Shown: one piece after another, positions 8,397 through 16,073 of the stretch
How positions within the stretch are numbered: position 1 is the stretch's first letter
Layout of the letters: every line of letters starts with the position of its first letter
NCBI GenBank assembly: GCA_030149205.1
Contig: JASBSB010000003.1
Location: forward strand, 180,001-212,000
Source of the DNA: Candidatus Heimdallarchaeota archaeon
GTDB taxonomy: Archaea > Asgardarchaeota > Heimdallarchaeia > Heimdallarchaeales > Kariarchaeaceae
Direction of reading: 5' to 3'
DNA: 32,000 nucleotides
Made by a program: the position numbers and the translations under genes
Notes under the pieces: model-generated
Seen by the model: only the letters and a program-made list of their open reading frames with translations
What the model was told of the DNA's origin: nothing
Database searches by the model: none

Positions 8397-9347
8397 TTAA
8401 TCTTCTTTTCCCCATTCTATAGCCATTGTACCCATTGAAAAGCCCAAACTTGTCCCACTTACTATGACTTTAGACCCCGGCTGAATTAGTCCTGTCTCTA
8501 AGCCATAGTCGAGTTGATATAATAAATCATTGGTTCCCATATGAGGAACCTCTTTCAAACATGAGATTCCGGATTTCTCAATTGGAAAATTCATTTGATC
8601 AAGAACCATTTTTGAACTTGCATAATTAGAACAACTAATCGCAATAAAGTCAATATCCTTTGGATAGGTTTTCATGGCAAGACATGATTCTCTGAGGTGA
8701 GTCCCAAAAGTCTTAACCATATATTTGCTCAATTCCTTCCCCTTGTGTAAGTTGGCCAGATGATATTTTGCATCATCACCCAAAATAAACATATCTCGAA
8801 ACTCTGGATTGGTATTAACCTTTACATATCTGATCAAATTACCGTCTGTGTTTTTGGAGAACATAAAAGCTCCGATGGAATCTGCGAAGATACAATTTCC
8901 GTCAGAACAGTTATCAGTATATTGTGTTGTCATCTGAACAGCTCCAACCGCCACATGGTCAATATCATTCTGAGAGAAGTGAAGGCCAGCCAATTTCGCA
9001 GCAACAATGACAGAAGCACAACCCAGCGAAAAGTCAAAACCAAACCCTTCTGCTGAGGGAAAAGCACTCATAACCACAGGGCTGGCACCTTCAGGATGTG
9101 ACTTGTAGCCATTATGAATCCCTAAAAACACACTAAGCTTGTCTGGGTCTATTTTTGCCTTTTGTTGTGCAAGAATCACCTGTTTCACCAATCTATTTTC
9201 CCATTCAGATTCATCAGAATATACCCAAGTGCTATTAACTGGATTTCTTGATTTAACAAATTCAGGGAGGCCCAATGAGGAGATTTCCACCCTCTTGTCT
9301 CCCCTTTCGAAGCTCCAACCTGAAAGAGTTAAATCATTGAATTTCAT
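8397..9347 (-). CDS. Ketoacyl synthase III (FabH)-like thiolase-fold enzyme with atypical catalytic residues
   Basis: 316 aa. FDFSLGC110AS, IFADSIGA (FabH LFGDGAGA equivalent), C-terminal VIVSGTSLGFSMGTMAIEW. The FabH PHQAN motif is replaced by ISCSN and GNTS by PHMGTND. Confidence 0.75.
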   Translation of the reverse strand: MKFNDLTLSGWSFERGDKRVEISSLGLPEFVKSRNPVNSTWVYSDESEWENRLVKQVILAQQKAKIDPDKLSVFLGIHNGYKSHPEGASPVVMSAFPSAEGFGFDFSLGCASVIVAAKLAGLHFSQNDIDHVAVGAVQMTTQYTDNCSDGNCIFADSIGAFMFSKNTDGNLIRYVKVNTNPEFRDMFILGDDAKYHLANLHKGKELSKYMVKTFGTHLRESCLAMKTYPKDIDFIAISCSNYASSKMVLDQMNFPIEKSGISCLKEVPHMGTNDLLYQLDYGLETGLIQPGSKVIVSGTSLGFSMGTMAIEWGKED

Positions 9348-9399
9348 ATATAATTTTATTCAGTATTTGAGGTTAAAAATCTAAGTTTAGTGAGATATT

Positions 9400-10842
9400 T
9401 CAACCTTTGATATTTCCAATTGGACGAAGTTGCACTATAGGTCTTGCAAGATTTCCATCTTCGCATGCTTTCACTACCTCTGCAAGTTCTTTGTATGCAA
9501 ACCCAGCTTCTTCAGCAAGGCCTTTCCAAGAAGCTCCCTTGACATAGATTCCCTTGTCCAACATTTGTTTGTAAAGTTCTTCCCCTGTTATCTGCTTCTT
9601 AGCTTTTGATCTGCTCATAGTCCTTCCTGAGCCATGGGCTGAACTTCCAAAGGCTTCTGTCATAGATTTGTCAGTACCAGCAAGGATGTATGAACCAGTC
9701 TCCATGCTCCCACCAATTATTACTGGTTGACCATATTTTTTGTATTGTGGTGCTAAATCTTTTTGGTTGGGACCAAAGGCACGAGTAGCTCCTTTTCGGT
9801 GGACTAACACATTTCTTTTCTCGCCATCAACCAAGTGATCCTCAAATTTGGCTATATTATGGCACACATCGTAGGTTAATGACATCCCAAGCTCATCCTG
9901 ATCCATTTTGAATATCTTTGAAAATACTTTTCTGGTCTGGTTCATAATTATAGCCCTGTTCGCAAATGCCATATTGGCTGCACATGCCATAGCAGCAAAA
10001 TAATCCTCACCCTCTCGTGACTTGATTGGTGCTGCAGCTAACTCCTTATCTCGGACTTTTATCCCATAATGTGGCATAACATCCAAAAATTTTCTCAAAT
10101 GCTCAGATGCAATTTGATGTCCAAATCCTCGTGAACCGCAATGAATCATAACTACAACCTGTTGATCTTTATCCACTCCAAAAGCATTTGCAGCCTCAAT
10201 GTCATGTACGTTTGATTTATGAGCAACCTGAACCTCCAAGAAATGATTACCACTACCTAAAGTTCCAAGCTGGTTTCTTCCTCTTGATCTTGCTTTTTTT
10301 GATATCAAATCCGGGTTTGCTCCCTCGATCTTCCCCTGTTCCTCCATAAATGCTTTATCAGCTTTCCACCCTAAGTTATTATCAATTACCCAATCCACTC
10401 CACCTGTCATCACCTCATCAAATTGTGAGTCATTTAGAGGATGGGTCCCCTTTGTTCCAACCCCTGTTGGAACCGCCCTAAACAATTCATCTACAAGTTC
10501 CCTTAATTTAGGTTTTACCTCTTCATATACCAGATTAGTCCTAATGAGGCGCATACCACAATTGATATCAAAACCAATACCACCTGGTGAGATTACACCT
10601 TCTTCAACATCCATAGCTGCAACACCACCTATGGGAAATCCATATCCCCAATGGCCATCAGGCATCACACTTACCTTTTTAACCAATCCAGGAAGAGTTG
10701 CCACGTTCATTGCCTGATTGATTACACCTTGATCTAGGTCTTCAATTAGTTTTGTATTTGAATATATATGGACAGGGACATTCATATCACCATTTGGGGA
10801 AATTTCCCAAATATTTGAACTGTATCTATTTAATTCTACCAC
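9400..10842 (-). CDS. rtcB: RNA-splicing ligase RtcB
   Basis: MPDGHWGYGFPIGGV, GFDINCGMR, GTLGSGNHFLE, IHCGSRG, HRKGAT, SSAHGSGR, LAEEA; GTG start. Confidence 0.97.
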   Translation of the reverse strand: MVELNRYSSNIWEISPNGDMNVPVHIYSNTKLIEDLDQGVINQAMNVATLPGLVKKVSVMPDGHWGYGFPIGGVAAMDVEEGVISPGGIGFDINCGMRLIRTNLVYEEVKPKLRELVDELFRAVPTGVGTKGTHPLNDSQFDEVMTGGVDWVIDNNLGWKADKAFMEEQGKIEGANPDLISKKARSRGRNQLGTLGSGNHFLEVQVAHKSNVHDIEAANAFGVDKDQQVVVMIHCGSRGFGHQIASEHLRKFLDVMPHYGIKVRDKELAAAPIKSREGEDYFAAMACAANMAFANRAIIMNQTRKVFSKIFKMDQDELGMSLTYDVCHNIAKFEDHLVDGEKRNVLVHRKGATRAFGPNQKDLAPQYKKYGQPVIIGGSMETGSYILAGTDKSMTEAFGSSAHGSGRTMSRSKAKKQITGEELYKQMLDKGIYVKGASWKGLAEEAGFAYKELAEVVKACEDGNLARPIVQLRPIGNIKG

Positions 10843-10981
10843 AAAATAGAGGAGGGTCGTTAATTTATTAACTGATTTATTGATTTCCGTTAACTTAATT
10901 ATGATCTTGATGTAATTTTGATACTAAAAATGAATTGATTTTGATTTATGTTACTAAATATTTGAAATTGATTTTAATACT

Positions 10982-13069
10982 TTATACTCTTCTTTTCTTT
11001 TTCATGATAACTGCTGTTGTGATGACAGCGAATGAGGCGATCAACGCTAAAATTGGGTCACCAACAAAAGAAGAAAGGTTCTTAAACTGAGTTGATAACA
11101 CACCACCACCATTATTTGTGATTGCAATTTTGTATCCAGCTTTTTGCATTAAAACTTTAGCCTCATTCAAGTCAAATGGAATCTTATACTGATTTGTATA
11201 AAATCCAGAAGGCTCAAAGAAGATCTTTACTGGTGAGTCTTGAGGAGCTCTGAGGTTATCAACAATTGCTTGAAGTGCTTTCTTGTCAACCGCTGATGCG
11301 ATGGCTCTTCTGACATAGTAGTTTTTAAGATTTGGATTTAGCAGATTGAACATTAACAGATCAGCTGTTGATAATGTTGGGATCTGAAATACCAAAAATC
11401 TGGGATCGTTCTTCTGTGAGAGTACCTCTTCTGCACCGAACGCTGTTGGTGAGGTAAGGTCAACTTCTCCTGACTTAAAGAGTACGAGTTCAACATTTGC
11501 ATCATCTACAATTGGTGAATAGAAGGTTTTGATCTTCAATTCAGTTGGTTTTTGATGAGGTAATGCGGTTGTTGCATTGTATGCAAAGTAGTATGCCGTC
11601 TGATTAACACCCTTTCTTAGATCAAACTGACCGTTTGGTGCATCCCATTCATTAGGGAAGGTAAACATTGAGTTTGCTCTCTTGTAGATATATTGACCAG
11701 CCTTAAAGAAATTAGAGCTGGCGAAGTCCACATAGTAAGGACCGGATTGAACTGGATTTGCAGCAAAATTCTTCCAGGTTTCTGTTGCGAAGGGATCAAA
11801 GTTACCATAATATCCAGCAGTCGTGTTTTGGAATACCCTTATTTTGGTACCGTTCTTGAATACAAGATCTCCACCAAGCAGTTTTGAGGGGAGTATTTGA
11901 ATTCCACCAAAGTTTCTTACATCTTCAAGTCTTGGATTGCTGATATAGAGGGTAATTCGTCCAGTTGTCTTGTTTATTGTATAATGATCCAAATACTGAT
12001 ACATGTCTTGCCAATTTAAACTGAGATATAAATCAAACTTAGTGTACATGTCTAAGGTGAAAGCAACATCGTTTACTGTGACATTACCATAAACAGCACC
12101 AGTTGTTGAATTGATCCATTTTTGGTTTTGGTTGATCCAAAAGTCTATCTTACCATAGGGTACATCAACCGCTGTGTTGTTCGATCCAACAGGTGCATTA
12201 AACCAGGTACTTACATTGAATTGCTTTGCAAGCCATGGGTGAGGCTCATATGCTGCACCATCCATTAATAATGAAGGGAATAAACCGTTAAGCACAAAAT
12301 TTGTCTCGGAGTCATCAGATCTTAATGGATCCCAGACACCTGGCATTGTTGCCAATCTGACAGCAATTGTTGATTTATTGTTCTGTCTTCCAGCTGGTGT
12401 GGTTGAATCCCAGTATGCTCCCTTGTAAGCAGAACCATGTGTTCCTAATAATGGGTCATAACCGTTTAATCCTTTCCAAATTGATACAACACCAGTTGGT
12501 GCGAGTAATGGATAATCATACAGAAGGTTTTGCATGAACCATTTTGTGAACAATAAGGTTTGATCCTTTCTGCTTGGTAGATCGAGGTTCTTTTTCATGT
12601 CATTCAGTAACTTGTCAACCTTGGCTTGTGTAAGGTTAGCTGTGTTACCAGGATCTTGAGGTAACCAGTTCTGCCATGCCTTTGTTCCTAGTTGGTAAGT
12701 GTTTGCTCCAAAGAAACCACCGCTGGTATATAAGGATACAAAATCAGGGGCTATCACTGAACCACCACCGAATCCGACGATAGTTATATCATATTTTTTG
12801 CTACCAACGTCACCGAGTAGGTCACCAACGAAGGAACCCCACTGTTTGCCGACAACTTCTACATTGATACCCAAAGGTGCTAAGGCTTTTACCAAATAAT
12901 AGGCAAAGCTCTGTCTTCTTCGATTACCAACATAAGTTTCAACTTTGATTGTAAAGTTAGTAACGATAGCACCAGATGTCTCAGCAAAAAGTGCGGCGTT
13001 TCCGAAAGTGCTTAGTACAAATGTACCAATTATTAGTGCACTTAATAACGTCAATTTTTTGTGTTTCAT
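10982..13069 (-). CDS. ABC peptide/nickel-type (family 5) substrate-binding protein, C-terminally membrane anchored, copy 1 (695 aa)
   Basis: Signal peptide MKHKKLTLL..., GGTGA SD-like element before ATG 13069, motifs WDP, PWLAK, DVAFT, SGPY, SGEVD, VRRAIASAVD, C-terminal TM helix plus KKKRRV, and many N-x-S/T sequons. Confidence 0.88.
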   Translation of the reverse strand: MKHKKLTLLSALIIGTFVLSTFGNAALFAETSGAIVTNFTIKVETYVGNRRRQSFAYYLVKALAPLGINVEVVGKQWGSFVGDLLGDVGSKKYDITIVGFGGGSVIAPDFVSLYTSGGFFGANTYQLGTKAWQNWLPQDPGNTANLTQAKVDKLLNDMKKNLDLPSRKDQTLLFTKWFMQNLLYDYPLLAPTGVVSIWKGLNGYDPLLGTHGSAYKGAYWDSTTPAGRQNNKSTIAVRLATMPGVWDPLRSDDSETNFVLNGLFPSLLMDGAAYEPHPWLAKQFNVSTWFNAPVGSNNTAVDVPYGKIDFWINQNQKWINSTTGAVYGNVTVNDVAFTLDMYTKFDLYLSLNWQDMYQYLDHYTINKTTGRITLYISNPRLEDVRNFGGIQILPSKLLGGDLVFKNGTKIRVFQNTTAGYYGNFDPFATETWKNFAANPVQSGPYYVDFASSNFFKAGQYIYKRANSMFTFPNEWDAPNGQFDLRKGVNQTAYYFAYNATTALPHQKPTELKIKTFYSPIVDDANVELVLFKSGEVDLTSPTAFGAEEVLSQKNDPRFLVFQIPTLSTADLLMFNLLNPNLKNYYVRRAIASAVDKKALQAIVDNLRAPQDSPVKIFFEPSGFYTNQYKIPFDLNEAKVLMQKAGYKIAITNNGGGVLSTQFKNLSSFVGDPILALIASFAVITTAVIMKKKRRV

Positions 13070-13124
13070 TTTTTCACCGTTTCTATCAATTCTGTTGAGT
13101 CCAATAATCAGACTCATAAGAATA

Positions 13125-13160
13125 TTCTCTCGGATGAGAGAAGATTTCAGGACTTTTATA
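13125..13160 (-). promoter_or_regulatory. TATA box plus palindromic operator-like site upstream of binding-protein copy 1
   Basis: Minus-strand TATAAAA at 13154-13160; TTCTCTC-ggat-GAGAGAA at 13125-13142. Both are conserved in copy 2. Confidence 0.55.
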
Positions 13161-13290
13161 CCTGAAAGCTTAATTCGAAGCTCAAATCTGAAAGAGTTGA
13201 AGCAGTGAATTTCAAATGAGCGGGGGCATTTATATCTCCCTTTGAGAGAATTTCCCAAATATTTGAACTGTATCTATTTAATTCTACCAC
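13156..13290 (-). pseudogene. rtcB: Decayed 5' fragment of rtcB at the duplication junction
   Basis: GTG 13290 reads MVELNRYSSNIWEILSKGDINAPAH... versus RtcB MVELNRYSSNIWEISPNGDMNVPVH. Homology ends at about codon 25 and the frame stops after 44 aa. Confidence 0.85.
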
Positions 13291-13407
13291 AAAATAGAGG
13301 AGGGTCGTTAGTTTATTAATTTAATTATAATCTTGATGTGATTTAGATACTAAAAATAAATTGATTTTAATTTATGTTACTAAATATTTGAAATTGATTT
13401 TAATACT

Positions 13408-15495
13408 TTATACTCTTCTTTTCTTTTTCATGACAACTGCTGTTGTGATGACAGCAAATGAAGCTATTAATGCTAAAACTGGGTTACCAACAAATGAACC
13501 AGGTAAGATTTGGGATGGGATTACACCACCACCACCACCATTAGTTGTGGTTGCAATTTTGTATCCAGCTTTTTGCATTAAAACTTTAGCCTCATTCAAG
13601 TCAAATGGAATCTTATACTGATTTGTATAATATCCAGAGGGCTCAAAGAAGATCTTTACTGGTGAGTCTTGTGGAGCTCTGAGATTATCAACAATTGCTT
13701 GAAGTGCTTTCTTATCTATTGCTGAAGCGAGTGCTCTTCTGACATAGTAGTTTTTAAGATTTGGATTTAACAGATTGAACATTAACAGATCAGCTGTTGA
13801 TAATGTTGGGATCTGAAATACCAAAAATCTGGGATCGTTCTTCTGTGAGAGTACCTCTTCTGCACCGAAAGCTGTTGGTGAGGTAAGGTCAACTTCTCCT
13901 GACTTAAAGAGTACAAGTTCAACATTTGCATCATCTACAATTGGTGAATAGAAGGTTTTGATCTTCAATTCAGTTGGCTTTTGATGAGGTAATGCGCTTG
14001 TTGCATTGTATGCAAAGTAGTATGCCGTCTGATTAACACCCTTTCTTAGATCAAACTGACCGTTTGGTGCGTCCCACTCATTAGGGAAGGTGAACATTGA
14101 GTTTGCTCTCTTGTAGATGTATTGACCAGCCTTAAAGAAATTAGTATTAGTAAAGTCTATATAATAAGGACCGGATTGAATTGGATTTGCAGCAAAATTC
14201 TTCCAGGTTTCTGTTGCAAAAGGATCATAGTTACCCCAATATCCAGTGGTGTTTTCGAATACCCTTATTTTGGTTTTGTTCGCGAATACAAGATCTCCAC
14301 CTAGTAATTTTGAGGGGACTATTTGAATTCCACCAAAGTTCCTTACATCTTCAAGTGTTGGACTGCTTATATATAGGGTAATTCGTCCAGTTGTCTTGTT
14401 CATTGTATAATGATCCAAATACTGATACAAGTCTTGTCCATTAATAATAATGTATGGATGAGCCTTAGTGTACATGTCTAAAGTGAATGCAACATCGTCT
14501 AAGGTGACATTACCATAAACAGCACCAGTTGTTGAATTGATCCATTTTTGGTTTTGGTTGATCCAAAAGTCTATCTTACCATAGGGCACATCAACTGCTG
14601 TATTGTTCGGTCCTACAGGTGCATTAAACCAGGTACTTACATTGAATTGCTTTGCAAGCCATGGGTGAGGTTCATATGCTGCACCATCCATTAATAATGT
14701 GGGGAATAAACCGTTCAATACAAAACCAGTCTCGGTGTCACTAATCCTCAATGGATCCCAGACACCAGGCATTGTTGCCAATCTGACAGCAATTGTTGAT
14801 TTGTTGTTCTTTCTTCCAGCTGGTGTGGTTGAATCCCAGTATGCTCCCTTGTAAACAGAACTATGTGTTCCTAATAATGGGTCATAACCGTTTAATCCTT
14901 TCCAAATTGATACAACACCAGTTGGTGCAAGTAATGGATAATCATACAGAAGGTTTTGCATGAACCATTTTGTGAACAGTAAGGTTTGATCCTTTCTGCT
15001 TGGTAGATCGAGGTTCTTTTTCATGTCATTGAGTAACTTGTCAACCTTGGCTTGTGTAAGATTGGCTGTATTACCAGGATCTTGAGGTAACCAGTCCTGC
15101 CATGCCTTTGTTCCTAATTGGTAAGTGTTTGCTCCAAAGAATCCACCACTGGTATATAAGGATACAAAATCAGGGGCTATCACTGAACCACCGCTGAATC
15201 CGACGATAGCTATATCATATTTTTTGCTACCAACATCACCGAGTAGGTCTCCAACGAAGGAACCCCACTGTTTGCCGACAACTTCTACATTGATACCCAA
15301 GGGTGCTAATGCTTTTACCAAATAATAGGCAAAGCTCTGTCTTCTTCGATTACCAACATTAGTTTCAACTTTGATTGTAAAGTTAGTAACGATAGCACCA
15401 GATGTCTCAGCAAAAAGTGCGGCGTTTCCAAAAGTGCTTAGTACAAACGTACCAATTATTAGTGCACTTAATAACGTCAATTTTTTGTGTTTCAT
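13408..15495 (-). CDS. ABC family-5 substrate-binding protein, copy 2 (695 aa)
   Basis: Paralog of 10982..13069 with about 60 aa differences by manual count (~91% identity). Same start context. Confidence 0.88.
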   Translation of the reverse strand: MKHKKLTLLSALIIGTFVLSTFGNAALFAETSGAIVTNFTIKVETNVGNRRRQSFAYYLVKALAPLGINVEVVGKQWGSFVGDLLGDVGSKKYDIAIVGFSGGSVIAPDFVSLYTSGGFFGANTYQLGTKAWQDWLPQDPGNTANLTQAKVDKLLNDMKKNLDLPSRKDQTLLFTKWFMQNLLYDYPLLAPTGVVSIWKGLNGYDPLLGTHSSVYKGAYWDSTTPAGRKNNKSTIAVRLATMPGVWDPLRISDTETGFVLNGLFPTLLMDGAAYEPHPWLAKQFNVSTWFNAPVGPNNTAVDVPYGKIDFWINQNQKWINSTTGAVYGNVTLDDVAFTLDMYTKAHPYIIINGQDLYQYLDHYTMNKTTGRITLYISSPTLEDVRNFGGIQIVPSKLLGGDLVFANKTKIRVFENTTGYWGNYDPFATETWKNFAANPIQSGPYYIDFTNTNFFKAGQYIYKRANSMFTFPNEWDAPNGQFDLRKGVNQTAYYFAYNATSALPHQKPTELKIKTFYSPIVDDANVELVLFKSGEVDLTSPTAFGAEEVLSQKNDPRFLVFQIPTLSTADLLMFNLLNPNLKNYYVRRALASAIDKKALQAIVDNLRAPQDSPVKIFFEPSGYYTNQYKIPFDLNEAKVLMQKAGYKIATTTNGGGGGVIPSQILPGSFVGNPVLALIASFAVITTAVVMKKKRRV

Positions 15496-15551
15496 TTTTT
15501 CACCGTTTCTATCATTTCTGTTGAGTCCGATAATCAGACCCATAAGAATAT

Positions 15552-15587
15552 TTCTCTCTGATGAGAGAAGATTTCAGGACTTTTATA
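15552..15587 (-). promoter_or_regulatory. TATA box plus palindromic operator-like site upstream of binding-protein copy 2
   Basis: Minus-strand TATAAAA at 15581-15587; TTCTCTC-tgat-GAGAGAA at 15552-15569. Confidence 0.55.
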
Positions 15588-16073
15588 CCTGAAAGCTTAA
15601 TTCGAAGCTCAAACCTTTAGTATTAAAACTTTGACATTCTTCGAATTAGAGCAGTGTAATTTAACGTTGTATTTGAACATTAATAAATTAAAGGTGAAGT
15701 GAGTGGAGAGCTTAAGTCTTGATATTTTACAAATTGAGACTCTTATTATTAAGTGCATGAATTTTTTCGCTTCTATGATGTTAAGTTCCGTAAGTCTAAA
15801 TATAGAGTAAGTAATAGCGTAATATAAGATACCTACCTGGAAATTTTGATTGGACAATTATTGTATCTTTTGTTTTATGTTTAGTCGATACGATAATCGT
15901 AAATTATGAGTGGTCAAGCAATTTTATTACCAGAGCAATATGAATTAATTTCAATCAAGTCTGCTGAAAATTGATCTGGCGCATTAGGTTTAAAGCAGTA
16001 AAATAAATTTCTGTTAATCAAAATAAATTGAAATGATTAAAGGTTTAGATGATAATCAATTTTATTGTTAGGT

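Larger units (their letters stand above)
10768..13186. repeat. Tandem segmental duplication, copy 1 (rtcB 5' end, intergenic DNA, binding-protein gene and promoter)
   Basis: Aligns by eye with 13216..15613, with an offset of 2448 at the left end and 2427 at the right end. Confidence 0.93.
13216..15613. repeat. Tandem segmental duplication, copy 2
   Basis: Near-identical to 10768..13186 including non-coding DNA. Shared sequence ends at ...ttcgaagctcaaa (13186/15613). Confidence 0.93.

Noticed and set aside
5509-9384. Plus-strand ORFs overlapping the carboxylase and KAS genes
   Set aside because: They are antisense to well-supported genes.
13070-13258. 63-aa N-terminal extension of the 758-aa ORF (MGNSLKG...)
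   Set aside because: It reads through the promoter and duplication junction. The signal peptide and SD fit ATG 13069, and copy 2 does not share the first ~45 residues.
10768-15613. Duplication as a mobile element or pure assembly artefact
   Set aside because: No transposase, terminal inverted repeats or target duplication. The copies differ by about 9% in protein, carry indels and have a decayed junction, which artefacts do not normally produce.
15609-15857. 82-aa minus-strand ORF
   Set aside because: AT-rich upstream region with no motif, SD or coupling; probably spurious.
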